Assembly: GCA_964036045.1 (NCBI GenBank)
Contig: OZ038378.1
Span: 176,018,001 to 176,082,000 of the forward strand
Reading direction: 5' to 3'
Origin: Eutreptiella sp. 'Long Island Sound 2002'
Lineage: Eukaryota > Protista > Euglenida
Length of the DNA: 64,000 nt
Shown: positions 9,944 through 22,809 of the stretch, piece after piece
Position numbering within the stretch: the first letter of the stretch is position 1
Layout: the number at the start of each line of letters is the position of its first letter
Notes under the pieces: model-generated
Databases searched by the model: none
What the model was told of the DNA's origin: nothing
What the model saw: the letters and a program-made list of their open reading frames with translations, nothing else
Position numbers and translations under genes: made by a program

Positions 9944-12284
9944 CCGACACCGAAACGCGTGTCCGGATGTGGCTCGAAGAGGGTGTGCAGCGGAGGCTGC
10001 ACATGTGTGGGCCCACACACCCCTCAACTTGCCTTGGAGCTCAGACCACCAATTTCAATCAAGAACAGACAATAGACATGCGGATGGTACAGATTCACAA
10101 ACACTGGCACTAGTTGACAGCATCCTTGAATCTGCTGTCATCCTGACAACCTACATTCCGAATTTGCGCAAGGAATCTCACAAGAGGTCGGCACTGGTAC
10201 CATTGATTAATTCTATGCAGAATTTCTTGCAGACCAGGTGATTTGTGGGGATTTGTGATTTTGTCTGATTTTGTTGAGCCCGCGGAATCCCGGCTGCGGG
10301 GCCGTCTGGTGCCCCGACTGAGCCTTCGCTTAAAGCCATCACCCTGTGCTCTGATCCTGTAGCCCGACAGCTGAATTTTCAGACCATTGTTCAGGGTGCG
10401 GGGCCAAGAACTACCCCTGGAAGTGGTGGTGGATGCCTCTGCGTGTCCTACTCAAAAACTTAGGGTTGCTGTCCCTGGTTCCTCTGAAACAGGTGAAACG
10501 CTGGTATGCCCAAAGCAAAGCCATGGGATGGTAGAGGGAGGGCACATCACACACAGGCACACGTGCACCCACCCGTGTTTTTTCTTGCTTGCAATGTATA
10601 GGCGAAAGTCGAGACCCATCTACTGTCTGCAGATTGTGTGTTATTGAAACACTTTTGAGCCCTGCTCTGTTTTTGCTTTGCATTGTGTCGAATTGGTAGC
10701 TAGAGACTCTGTCCAAGGACTTGTTGCGGAGCCGCCCATACTCCAAAAGGAGTTTGTGAGTGTCTGTTTTTTTCCACCAATGGATTCCCTCCACTTTTGA
10801 GTTGTTGCTCACTCGTGCTCTCTTCGTCATCCTTGCTTGTTGTGAAGAGCTCAGTATCATGCACATGCAAAACGCACCAAACGTGGCATAGGCATGGCAA
10901 GCATTCTTAACAGGCCATGAATGTGAGTAACGTGCACGGAAGATTCTGATGAATGTGATCGTGGTCACCGGGTGTAAACATAACATGTGCATTGCAGTTT
11001 CTTCTGGGGGTGAGAATTTCTAGGTGCTACTTCCACCACGCAAGCTCGAGTGTCGAGGGTTGAATGGCCCATTGCTTGGGGCACTCATTGAGATATGGCA
11101 CTCATTGGATTCATGTTTTGATCCTCGATGACCGGCTACCCTTCGCAATGGTTCGGGAAACATTTTTAGATGGTTACCACAAACGTGCCTCGAAGCATGT
11201 CGCAGGGAATTGATTACGGTTGCCAGGGTTATCTTGGTCTCTTTCTCCGCATGATGTCCCATATGATATTAAATGGAAAAGTCCCAAAGTTTCCTCCCAC
11301 ACCGCCTTGCTCCTTGGACAGTGAGCAACCACTCATAACTTTTGGGCTTTCAAGGAGAAAAATGTGATCTCTTTGTGTGCCACTATCCATACCAAGGAGA
11401 CTAAACTCCTACCATGAGGCCCTACGCATCACCATCATTATTGATTGTTGACAAGGAGTACTAGGATGCACTATTAGGACGCCCCCCCTCGAACACATGC
11501 GCTCCCACCTTCTTGAGGTTCTTGAGGTCTTCAATCACGGTTCCCCCACCGTGTGCTTCTCCACTTCGTCTTTTATTGCTATGGTGGATTTCCGGGGTTC
11601 TACCTTGGTACCTTTGGATGCTTCGTGCCAAGAGTAGCATGACGGTGGGACATTAGTTGGTGCAATCTACAATGAATTTGTGTATTCCTTGTCGTGCTAT
11701 GTGCTCGTGTTTATACGACCGTGGGTCGAGATCTCTGTTGGGTTGCTTTACACCATTGTTCCCAAGTGGACAAATTTTGAAGGTTGGCACAGCTCGCTTC
11801 CACTTTTGCGTCGATGGAAAAGCGCACAAGAAATGGGTATTCGGTAGCTTTTGCTCGGTGACAAATTGAAATGGAGCTCGTGTCCTCTCTTGCATGCCAA
11901 CCCGCGATTTGTCGTGATGTTTCGTTCAACGAGGGGTAAAAAGAGTTGGTGCATGGCTCTTCCTCTTCCTTACAGGGAGCTACGGCTCTTGAGGTGCTCA
12001 CTTGGCATGTCGAAGCGCACTGACCAGTCGAATGAGGTGCGTGTTGACGGTTGCGCTTCCAAACAAATTCCCAAAGATGCATTGGGATGCCCGCCGCCCG
12101 CGACCCGCTCGCGACCGCCCGACCTTGCAACGATTGGTTCAGGGCTAGTGTAGAGTAGAGCCCGCAATAGTGGAGGGGGCTTTGTCAAAACGGAAAGGTG
12201 TTGTGAAAAATATAACCTAGCTCCTTAGGTAAGGCTCCAAGCAATGCTCGCAACCACCGACACCACCCATGGAATTCCGTTAGC

Positions 12285-12320
12285 ATGTCCGTCAACCCGC
12301 CTCCGGGTTACTTCACAGTA
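12285..12320 (+). CDS. LOG family gene, putative exon 1 (MSVNPPPGYFTV)
   Basis: AG one base before ATG; GTACGT donor at 12321; phase 0 joins exon 2. Chosen on splice signals only. Confidence 0.4.
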
Positions 12321-12684
12321 GTACGTTGATAGCAAAAGACACAAGCACTTGTCAAGAAAATGCAAGATTGATTCTTCTCTGGTAGGTCCAATCTGCGCGC
12401 TTCATAATCCGACGCGCTTCATTTACACCAAGCGTAAAGGGAGCCGAGGGGAAGGAGACGCATCTCCTGGAAAGATACCACACACAAATAGCCACACCAC
12501 ATCCTACATAGCAGCCCAACATAAATGTGTGGGGGCTCATAGCACCAAAAGCACGAGTTGCACGAACGCCCCGAAACAACCCTTTTCTACGATCTAGTCG
12601 GTCCATTGTGAAAGGCACCACGCGTCGTGAAAATTGAACTCAACAATAGCGTGCTTCATGCTTTCGGAACAACATGTCGTGCAG

Positions 12685-12874
12685 GTGCCGAGCGAAGCAT
12701 ATGGTATTGCAACCGTCACTGTATATGCCGCGTCTAGTTCGCAAGTGGCAGCATCATACAATGCCGCTGCCAAAGAACTGGGTGCTTTAATTGCGCAAGA
12801 GGGGTGGGTTCAAATCAATGGCGGAGGGCACGTTGGATTGATGGGCGCCCTTACAGAAGGTGGCATTGGAGCAG
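12685..12874 (+). CDS. LOG: LOG (Lonely Guy / lysine decarboxylase-like, SLOG) family, exon 2
   Basis: TVTVYAASSSQVAASYNAAAKELGALIAQEGWVQINGGGHVGLMGAL corresponds to the LOG N-terminal VxCGSS and YGGGxxGLMG motifs. cag|GTG...GCAG|gtctca, phase 1. Confidence 0.85.
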
Positions 12875-13079
12875 GTCTCATCTTGCGAAGTTGGTGTCCG
12901 CAAGCGAGTCGGCACGAAATTTGATTGCTATGTATTGTTGTTGCACGCCAAGACTTTTTCGGTTGCTTCCTAAAATTTCGTGCGCCCCATTCCACCCCCG
13001 GAGCTTCCAACCCACCCTTCCGGTTCCCGAGATTTTCTCTCCCCAACTCTCCCCAACCGTGGCCATGCTTGTGTTCCAG

Positions 13080-13150
13080 GGGGGACCGTTGATGCGGTCA
13101 TACTTGACATGTTCGTGAACACAAACATGCACCCAGGACTTCGCAATGTG
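13080..13150 (+). CDS. LOG: LOG family, exon 3 (GTVDAVILDMFVNTNMHPGLRNV)
   Basis: ttccag|GG...GTG|gtatac; phases 1 and 0 are consistent with both neighbouring exons. Confidence 0.75.
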
Positions 13151-13554
13151 GTATACTCCGGCAATCTTTGCAATCTGTATTGGCCCTCATAGGTGTCGCC
13201 GGCCTGAACCCCCGCCGGAGGCCGAAAGCGTAGTGTCCACGGGAGTTGGGACCCGTTACGTGCTTGTGCATTTGGCTGTCGTCGGTGCGCGTGTGCGTGC
13301 GTGTGCATGTGGATGGTTAGCTTGGTTATGGACGTCTATGTGCGGTGTGTGCTACCTGTGTCAGCCGCCAAGACCTCACGCGTTGCCGAAAGATAGCGTG
13401 CGCCAGCCACTGAGCCACCCTCGCATGTTCCCTGGGAGCCCAAACCACCCAGTAATCGGCGCAGCGCGACATAGGTGCACGGGTGTAGGGCTCGCCGAAC
13501 CCAGGCTAACCCAACGCCGCCGACACATGAGGTTGTGCTCACCTCACACCGCAG

Positions 13555-13845
13555 GAGGTCAAGGACAACCTTGCTTCCCGCAAAGAGGGCCTCTTCGCCC
13601 CAGCCGACGCCATTATAGCCATACCTGGGGGCCTCGGAACCCTGGAGGAACTTTTGGAGGCAATGTCTTGGCACCAGCTTGGTCTCCATCACAAGCCCAT
13701 TGTGCTGCTGAACACCAACGGCTTCTGGACCGGATTGACCGACTGGCTCACGCAGATCACGGACAAAGGGTTCGTATCCAAGAACATGGTCGACACGGCT
13801 TTCTTCGTGGTGGACACCCCTGCCGAGGCCATAGCAGTGCTAAAG
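13555..13845 (+). CDS. LOG: LOG family, exon 4 with catalytic motif
   Basis: NLASRKEGLFAPADAIIAIPGGLGTLEELLEAMSWHQLGLHHKPIVLLNTNGFW contains the canonical RK..AD..PGGxGTxEE..W.QLG.H.KP signature. cgcag|GAG...AAG|gtaaag, 291 nt. Confidence 0.92.
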
Positions 13846-15171
13846 GTAAAGTTGCTGTTGAGTGGTGGTGGTGGTCGTAGTGTACCTGGGCGGCCAACCA
13901 CAAAAGGATCAAACCATTCACGGAATCAAGGAGAGTATCAATTTGATTCTCACAAGTCACCACCCATAAGAGGGTTGGATCGGGCTCAAAGGCATGTGAT
14001 TTTTTCATGTTGCCACGAACCTGAACACAATTTGCCAAGCAGAAAAAAGTGATTTGCGTTGTAAGTCCTCCGTGGTGCGTTCAATCCGCAAGCGGTAGGA
14101 GATGGGTTTGGAACCTCGTTTCCAGTTCCCTCTTCAGTGGTGCATTTTCCCTCAAAGGTGATGATTTAATGTTTGTCGAGTTGTCAGGGCATGAATGTGT
14201 GTCCACACTGTCTCTCTGTGCATTTTGGGATTTGGGAAGAGGCCAAAATGCATTTCAGGAGATTTGATTACTGTGCTGTTTGCCCAATTGCTGTTGCTTC
14301 TTATGTCTGTAGGGAACCCCACCCGCCAACATATTGGGAGTTTGCAGAATTGAATGCCGTTTGCCAGAGTGAGTTGGGAGTGGATCAAACTGTTTGTGTA
14401 TGCATTGAGGGACCAGGGAGGGGCCCGAAGAGAATGGTGACAGCCAGGAGCCCCTTGGGGCAGAGCCACACGAAAGACATCCTTCCCCTGAGCGATGGGA
14501 CTCATTTCGACCCCAGGATAAAGGTTTGAGGAACAGCAGCGGAATTCTGGTGTGATGCTCCAGGATCCCTGTCAGCGAAGTGTTCAGAAAAGGCAGCAGA
14601 AGACCCAGAGCTGTAGATAAAGTGAATCCCAAAAATCCTACTCATTAAATAGAATTGTATCCCAAGCCTCAACAGTACATATGATGTGTGTGTGCCCCAC
14701 CTTTTAAGAGTGTGTATCGCATGTGTCTCACAACATTCTGCTTTTCCCGAGTGGCTCTTTCCCAGCAAGATGAAGCATTTATCTTTGAAGGATCTTTGTT
14801 GATGTCGCATGTGTCTTGTGAAAGATGGCCAAGATCTCTTCCCTCTGATGCTGGTTTCATGTATCACATGTGTATCCCAAGCTTCAAAAGTGTGACGTGT
14901 GCGTATTCCCCAAAAAAAATAGTGTGTACCTCGTGCTAGCGGTGATACGCTTTATTTGTACGTCTGAACACGACAAAATACCAGCAGTGTGAATGAATTG
15001 AGGCTTTCGGAAGAGTTGGGGGATTTGGGCACTGGATGTTTTTCAACCAAAAGTCAACAGCCAAAGAGGGTAATGATCGGAGCGTATCGGGGAGCTGAAA
15101 GGTTCCTGCCGCCCGAGAATGTGTATGTCTACACATGGGTCTGCTTCTACCTGGACACCATCTTCCCACAG

Positions 15172-15417
15172 ACTTACAAGCCTGTGATCGTCGATAAGAC
15201 GCAGCTGCACAAAGGGCAGATGAACGGGGACAGCCCTGGCCAAGCGATTTCTGATTGGGACGCCGCCCAGCGGCACACTGCAGAGCTGGCCCATAAGGAG
15301 CTTGGTTCTGGCTCCAAACGTGGTCCGGCAGCCTATGCCCTCTTGCCGGGCCGTGCGTGGTTTGCTGGCCTTGCGGCGGGGCTTGTCGTGGGGCTTGTGA
15401 TTGGGAGGAGCAGGTAG
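15172..15417 (+). CDS. LOG: LOG family, last exon with C-terminal hydrophobic tail anchor
   Basis: ttcccacag|ACT TAC AAG CCT (TYKP, like the LOG C-terminal Y-x-P), phase 0. Ends WFAGLAAGLVVGLVIGRSR-TAG. Confidence 0.7.
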   Translation, partial: TYKPVIVDKTQLHKGQMNGDSPGQAISDWDAAQRHTAELAHKELGSGSKRGPAAYALLPGRAWFAGLAAGLVVGLVIGRSR

Positions 15418-15424
15418 CGTAGAG

Positions 15425-15575
15425 GAGATATTGGCATAGAGGCGGTGTCAGTGTAGAGGCGGAATCAGTACGTAGGCGGTAGTGTTTTGGCGGATTCAGT
15501 GTGGAGGTGAGATTCAGTGTAGAGCCCGTGTCAGCGTAGCGGCGGCATTAGTATCGAGGCGCTCGTGGTAGACAG
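15425..15575 (+). repeat. Degenerate ~17-nt tandem repeat (GTAGAGGCGGTGTCAGT-like) just after the LOG stop
   Basis: gaggcggtgtcagt gtagaggcggaatcagt acgtaggcggtagtgt ... read directly. Confidence 0.5.
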
Positions 15576-17794
15576 ATTAGTCTGTGAAGCTGCCGTTGCT
15601 AGTGTTACCCAGCAGATCAATGCTGACCCTTGATATGGTGTTGCTCCAGGACGCGCTCATGCACGTACACAAGCGCGCACGGCACACGGGACAGGCGCGC
15701 ATGGTCCGTAAAGACGGGCAGCGCCGCGCGCGCGGACGACCCCGTCAATGCATGCAGTCGACTCGACGCAATGCAGTCAGCGGGGCATAGTCCAAATCCA
15801 TGTTCCTCGCAGACCAGTAGGGACACCGGCACTGCAGCCCCACGTAGACGCCGTTTTGCTTTACTGCGTGGCCATGTTCCTTCCTAATCCCCACCCAACC
15901 ACCCACCTTCCCAGCCACCTATCCGAATAATCAATTAACCAGTAAGTTCCTGATTGGCTGCACAATGGGAATCAGTCTGTGGATCACTCGACACCGGTAC
16001 ACACAAGAAGCGCCGAATACCTCCAGGACTCTTAACATTCCCCCACCCCCCACCCACCCCCACCTTTTCAACAGCATGACTGGGAAGCTCGACGGTAGAG
16101 CGTTCGATCGATTCTGAAGGGATGCCGATTTCGATTCAAATTGCTGCTGAACCTCGGCCTTGGGGGTCAGCTCAGGCCCGGGGACAGTGAGGAGCTTGCA
16201 AGGCATCCTGCCCCAACGCGGGATGCCAGCCATCTCATTTCCCCTCCAGGCATATGTTCATCTCAACGCACCCATGCGGCACGGTTCTGCAAAAAAATGA
16301 TGGCATCTTTCGGGCCGACCATTGTACCGTTGCGAAGCTCCAGACCCCCTAGTTGCAATTTCCTGCAGCGTTCCTCACTTGTCACCCCCGTTGTAACAGC
16401 GTTCGCAAGGCTAGTGTCCACACTGTCTCTGGTGGATGAATGGCGAGCGTGCCCATGTATTTGTGCCCCCCCCTCAACCCGTTTTACCTCCTCCATACAG
16501 AACCCAAACCTTTGTGGAAGTTCGTTCGTATCGAATTGTGGCTCCTGTTTCTCTCTTGTTGAGCAGCACTCAGACGGGCATATGTTTGTTTGGCAATTAA
16601 CTCTTGCCCCGATTTCAACCAGTGCAAGCACCGGTACGCTTGATGGAGAGAACGGCCAGGGATATATTGCCTCGGCACGCAAGGGAATCCATCCGGTAAC
16701 TGCTTGGTGTCATTTGCTGTGACGGCTGAACCATAACCTCTGTGGATCCTGAGTGAGGGGCTCTTGTCACCTCCCGCCCAAGCCCAAATCAACACGAACA
16801 ATGCAATAAAAAGGCTGTTTGGAACGATGATGTCCTTATTTGCTGTTGAAGGAGGACCTGGAGCCACAGACACGTTACCAGATACGCATTCCAAAGCTGA
16901 GCCCGGACACACAGTGTTTTTCCACAGGGACACCGTCACGATTTTCTGAGATGTAGTGTCCTGAAGGGGGGAGGGGTGGGTTGGGTTGCATGTAGATGGC
17001 ATCGACACACCATAGAGGCCTGTATGGAATCAGGGGGAGCCTCACTCTCTGGGACGAGAAGGTCAACAAGAGTTCTATACATGTGACGCTTTCTCCATCC
17101 CCACCTGCCTGAAAGCCTGGCAATGCCAATTCAACAGGACGGGCAGTAGCTGCTCCTCTTTATCTTGATAGTATCTCTGGCCTTCGCACCAGCAGTCAGG
17201 GGACATGTGCCCCTGAGCCACATTTTTTGCCAGTGGACTGGCTCTTCGCTTGGCCCCCAGTTCCAGTGTTGGGCATGGTTTGGGTTATCCCCATCATAAA
17301 ATGAATTACCATCTTCCCAAGCAATAAAGGGAGATGGGTAGTGAGATTGGGAGGTGGAAAGCAGGGGAGGGGGTCAACAGCCTAGCCCATTCGGATGTGG
17401 TGGTAGGTCTGAGGAAAGCCCAGCCAATCTCTTCATGGATCTTTGTCAAGGGCTGTCCCTCAAAAACTAGTCCATCAAAAATGGCAGGTCACGAACGTAC
17501 AACTGCCACAATGATGCCGGGATGGCTTGGTGTGGTGGCAATGCCGAGGACTCCAAGCTTGTCGCACTGACCAGCAGAAACCTCAGTATCCACCACATTT
17601 TGTACAGATGTGACAGAGGGATTAGAGCTACCAAAGGCAGGGCAGGGAAATCAGTAGAATGGTGTGATCCCCTGGTGTTGACAACAGGGGCCATGCACAC
17701 CTGAGAGATCACAATTGGGGAAGCAAAGGTACCGGACACACAAGCATAAGCACAAGCAAGTCTTTTGCGCAAGCAGAAATACAAGTGGAGGTGT

Positions 17795-20065
17795 TGAAGT
17801 TCCCCTACCAATAAGAGATAGGAAAATTCAAGACTGCCGACAGGTGGCAACCAGAGTTAGCCAAGGTGGACAGTTTGACAGGTAGATTCTTACAAATCCT
17901 CAATCTTGGATCTAGCATTGGATCACAGTCAGAGCTGTACTATTTCCTAAGCTATTTTGACATCATTATTCTTGCTTTCCTTATTTGCCATGTGCCCAGC
18001 ATGGGCACTGTAATTACATGTATGATCATACTTGTTGGATTTCCCCTAGCAATAAGAGATACTAGGACGGCGGAAATGTCTGGCACGTTTTCACCCCACA
18101 TAGGGCCCTGTCACCCCAAAACCCCTTTTTCAGTTTTGGCTTGGGGGCTTCCTTTTTCAGGTGGTGGTGTAACATGCCATTGCAAACTCTCGCAATGGCA
18201 TGCTCCAAAGCATGGCTTAGGGTTAGCGTGTGTCGTTGCGAAATTTCGCAACGACACAAGCGTGCTGTTGCAAAGTTCCGCAACGACACACGAGAATTCA
18301 CGAAGTGCATGCATGGTATATCATTGCCATGTTTGTTGACGGCCACATTTGCAACATCTCCGAAACACACACACTATGTGTTTGCAAGATCTCGCAAAGT
18401 ATCTTGCAAAGGTGGCACTGCTGCCTTTTCGAAATCTACTTGTTGGAGACCTGCTAGTGTGGTGATCACAGTGGCAGCAAATTGGATAAGGTTGATCTGT
18501 TACCTTCATGTGTACACACCCTTCATGTTGCATGCATAGCTTGTCCTCAGGTTTGCAATGTGTGAGGGTGTGCCTCACTTGGATTACCGTGATGCAATAG
18601 CTAATTGCAACCTCATCACTATGGTCACAAATATGGTATTCAAAATTTATGTGCCACATGGTTTTCCTTGGCACCTCCCTTCTTGTCTCGAAAGGACACC
18701 GTCCACCGCCACCCTGAGGGCATCTGCTGCTGACTATCACGCCGACAAGCACACTATGTTCTTTTTTAAAATGCACCTCAAACACAAATGCTTTTTGTAG
18801 GGGTTCTAACAACCATTGCTGTGGGAGCCGTTGCCTTCATGCAAAATAGCGTGCTTGTCACCATGATAGTCAGCGGTCAAAGTCCTCAGACAGGGCAGAT
18901 TGGGTAGGCAAGGGAAGTAGTCTAGGATATTAATTTTGAAGACTTTATTTGCGACCATGGTAGTCAGGTTGCAATTAGCTATTGTATGGCGGTAATCCAA
19001 ATGAGGGGTGCCCTCACACATTGCAAACCTGAGGAAAAGCAATGCATGCAACTTGGTGGGTGTGTACACATGAAGGCAACACGTCAAGAGTACCCGATTT
19101 GCTGCCATTGTGAATTTGCAACGGTAGGTCTCTGCTAGTGCTAGATTTCGGAAGGACAACAATGCTACCTTTGCGAGATCCCGCAAAGACACGAAGCGTG
19201 CTTTTGCAGGATCTCGCAACCATGCAATGTGCGATGTGTATTGTGTTTGGGGGTTCCCGCAGAGGCATGCTTCGTGTTTTTGTGCGATCTCGCAAAAACA
19301 CAGTGCTTGTCTTTGCGAGATCTCGCAAACACACATACTATGTGTTTGCGGGATCTCGCAAACACATAGTATGTCTGTCTACCCGACCTCGCAAAGGTGG
19401 CCGTCAACAAACATTGCAATGATATCCCGTGTGTGTACTTCGTCAATTCTTGTGTGTTGTTTCCAAATTTCGCAACAACACAATTGTGTCGTTGCCAAAT
19501 TTTGCAACGACATTCTCGGTTGCCCTTAGGCGGTACACACTTTTGAGACTTTTTGGTTTCCCCCCTTTTTGTGGAGGGGAATTGGCTGCGGTGCACGGCA
19601 CTGCAATTACCCACACGGTGTGGTACTCTTTTCCCCATTTCCCCCATTTTGATTGCATTTTTTGGGTTCCAGGCATCTGTTTTTGAAATTCAGACTTTAT
19701 GTTCCCCGGCCAATTTTCCTTGATTTTGCGCAAAACGGGTGGTTGTGAGACTTATTTTTTAACAGGGGCGTGTGAATCTTTTTACGGTCCTAAAAACAGT
19801 ACGTTTTTTGCTCGGTTTTTTCGGCACACTACTCGGTCGTCAAAGTGTGCAGGAGGGTGGGTGTGTGCCAGACGCTTGTGCTGTCCTAGGAGATAGGAGA
19901 TAGGACACTTTAAGGCCATGGACAAGTGGCAAGTGTTGGATTTCCCCTAGCAGTAAGAGATAGGACAACTCAAGGCCATGGACAAGTGGTGACTAGAGTT
20001 GGCCAAGGTGAACAATTTGACTAGATTCATGCATAGATCTAGCATTGGATCATAGCCAGAGCTAG
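17795..20065 (+). repeat. Older dispersed/tandem repeat (TTTCCCCTAGCAATAAGAGATAGGAC...GCCAAGGTG...GATCTAGCATTGGATCA) split by the 18062-19889 insertion
   Basis: Homologous blocks at 17795-17945, 18033-18061 and 19890-20065. Confidence 0.6.
18062..19889. mobile_element. 1.83-kb non-autonomous DNA transposon: 25-bp imperfect TIR, 6-bp TSD GAGATA, internal ~1.3-kb foldback
   Basis: gagata|ctaggacggcggaaatgtctggcac...gtgccagacgcttgtgctgtcctag|gagata. Internal arms ~18230-18760 and ~18845-19510 are diverged reverse complements. Confidence 0.8.
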
Positions 20066-21744
20066 AGCTGTAAAGGGGGGGGGCGTATAATTGCAGGGGG
20101 GCAAATAATTGCAGGGAGGTAAATAATTGCAGGGGTTTGACAGAGAAACTCGGAGGCTGAAATGATTGCAGGTAGTTCTAGTTCTAGTTCTAGGCCACAT
20201 AGCAACCCCCAAAATGCATCCGTCTAGCTAGTGCATGATTAGCAGTTCATCAACGAGCTGACCTTGCATCTCAAAGCTCATTTGTATGAGGCTTCTAAGC
20301 GGAACACCAATCTTGGTGCAAAGCCCAAGTCCTCCAATAGACTCATCTCATCTACTAGCGTGCATTCTACAATTACTTGTAGCGGGTGCATGTTTTGTCG
20401 GCTTTTTGCATTCCTGTATTTCCTCCACCTATTTGGTTTCTAAAGGCGGTGCCTATACATGTGCTCTTACATTGGGCCAATCCCTATAACATGTGCTCTT
20501 ATCTTGGCCCGGCCCTGATGAATTGGTTGCCACAAAGATTCTTTCTATGGTGCCACTGCCTGTAGCAATATATAAGCTGCCCTTTTCGGGTGGAGTGTAT
20601 CGGCTACCTACTACTCTTTGGTTGCTCAGAAGTTTGCGACGCATATTTGGACTGCTAGGACCGCATGCTGATGTCTACATAGTGAGGCGCCCAAGGACGT
20701 CTTGGAAAGTAAGACCCAAAACCCTCACAGGTCTCCCTTAGGCGCTAGGGTCACCAAGGGCATGGTTACGGTGTCTTTAGTGGTGAGCCATGTGGTGGGT
20801 TACTCCACCATCATCAGCCCTGTCCTACCTCCACATAATATACCTCCTTTAGACCTCCATATTCTTATATTGGTCGAGTCCCAACTGGCCACACAGAGTG
20901 GACTCGGTATCTCATCATTAAGGTTGCTATGGGGTGCCGTATGGAACTGGCAATAGTACATTGCAGAAAGAGAAAAGGATGATCCTGGAAAAAATGGTAC
21001 CCGCTTTTACAAGAAAAGAAATTGCATGTAGTACGATTTTCCAATCTTTTTAAAACGTACACAATGTGCAGCCAAAAACACACACACAATTTTACAGCAA
21101 AAAGAACTTACTGGTGCGGACAATTTTTTTTCTACACAAGTTAGATTTTTCATGTTGATGTTAGTCGTTTGAGCGGTGTGGAAGAGATAGTGACAGTGAG
21201 TTAGATACTGGGGTTGTGAGTGCTCATGGAATATAGGGCTTGGCATATGGTTTTGATGGGATTGTATTTCCGACAAGATAGCCCCCAAATGAAATTATAT
21301 TCACTAGGGCTGGGTGCTTATTGGGAGCTTGGTGCCCCCACCCACGCCAAACTTGCTGGCGACCCACCTGTGTCACACCATGTGCCAAGCTTACTGCCAA
21401 ACTCTGATGGGCACTGCCAAAAAGTAGCGTGTGTTGAGCATGTCTAACTCTTCAGGGTCAAGTATTCTTGTCCCAAAAAGGTGGCACAGTGGGCCTGTTC
21501 CTCACTGGACTGGAACACCCACAAAACAATCAATTTGGGACCAGCAGAGCGTGTTGTGTACATACGGTACGAACATGTCAATATTTCCTCATCCGGGTGG
21601 CCTTGAATACTAGAAAATCAGACACTATGCTCTCGCATGTGGTTCCAAGTGTCGTTTTCTTATGGCACTGTGCCACATCTTCCTAAGAGTATTTGGTCTG
21701 GCTCTGAAGGTCAGGCCATGTGCCAGCTATGGGATATGTTGTGT

Positions 21745-21830
21745 TCTGTGTTATGTGGTATGTTATGTTATGTTATGTTATGTAATGTAATGTTAATGTT
21801 ATGTTATGTCATGTTATGTTCTGTTATGTT
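21745..21830. repeat. (TGTTA)n microsatellite
   Basis: atgttatgttatgttatgttatgtaatg... read directly. Confidence 0.85.
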
Positions 21831-22809
21831 GAGTAATGCTGGCTTCTGCAATTCTTGCAGGACCAGCACAGATGCTGAGTACTGGCACAAGCTGTTGTCT
21901 TTGGGGCTTGATGGGAATGAGAACTTTCGAGATTTGGTGTTTCAAGTTTACATTGTTTTTACTTTGTTGTTGTGCACGTGGCAAGGGCAGTGGGGTATTT
22001 TTGTTGAATGGTGCTTTGAAGCCTTCGAGGGTGGTGGTTTCAAGTCTGCCTACCCTTTGCATGCTGTGCAGCCATTGGCCCTCAGCACTGTATGGATGCA
22101 CCGGTACCATGTCCAGCCACAACTTCTGCACACCTCGCCAAAGTTTTGCTTGGTCGGTCATGTAGCAGTCCTTGCCTTGACTTCCCAATTCAGGCCAACA
22201 GCATGGTGATGTGATAAACCGGACATCCGGCAGCCTCGGCTCCTCCATCATCAAGTCCTTCCGTTGTTCTTCGGCTTGTGAAGTTGGGGGGAATGCCTGA
22301 CGCCAGAAAAAGCGTCACGTCATCCTCTGTTTGTGCCCCTTTGGTGATGGAAGGTTGCGCGACTGTCAGTTCCACTGTTCGGTGTTGTTGGCCAAACATG
22401 GCAGTGTTCCATTGTCATTGTCAGATGGTTTTCAATGTTAGGTACTGCTTGTCAGCACCTCCTGCATCGGCAGTACACTAACGGTGGCTGGTTCCTCGCA
22501 GACGACTGGTGGCGATTAACGGAGGGCGTTTGGTGATCAACTGACGGCCGTTGGCAGGCGACTGACACCGCAGCATCTACTTGCTGACGGACGCTCGTTG
22601 ACAGTCCCCGGAGCCCAACGCATGTTTCTTAACCAGGCATCGCGCTTGCCACGCCCTCGACATCCTCCCACTGAGTCTAACTTGCAACTTGACCGCAAAA
22701 CGCGCCATAACAGGCCAACTTGGCAAAGCGTGCGACACAGTGGGAAAACGCGCGTTCATCACTCCGCAATCTGCTGGTGAGACAACTTGGCCCTGCTGGC
22801 GTCTGGGAC

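Noticed and set aside
10411-11900. 193-aa and neighbouring minus-strand ORFs as a transposase or LINE remnant
   Set aside because: No diagnostic motif beyond a weak HC-x-x-x-x-AVW resemblance to zf-RVT.
15931-17008. Minus-strand ORFs with GAQIHGH as a Helitron HUH motif
   Set aside because: Single short motif; no other Rep or helicase motifs are visible.
20453-20960. LINE APE endonuclease remnant (LCVASW..., LYIATG); similar hints at 25760 (SGDLNID) and 51200 (WAFNARG)
   Set aside because: Isolated 5-7 residue matches in different places, with no ordered motif set.
21861-21946. Candidate upstream exon of the BPL_N gene (TSTDAEYWHKLLSLGLDGNENFRDLVFQ)
   Set aside because: Could not be joined in phase to the 22720 frame with convincing splice sites.
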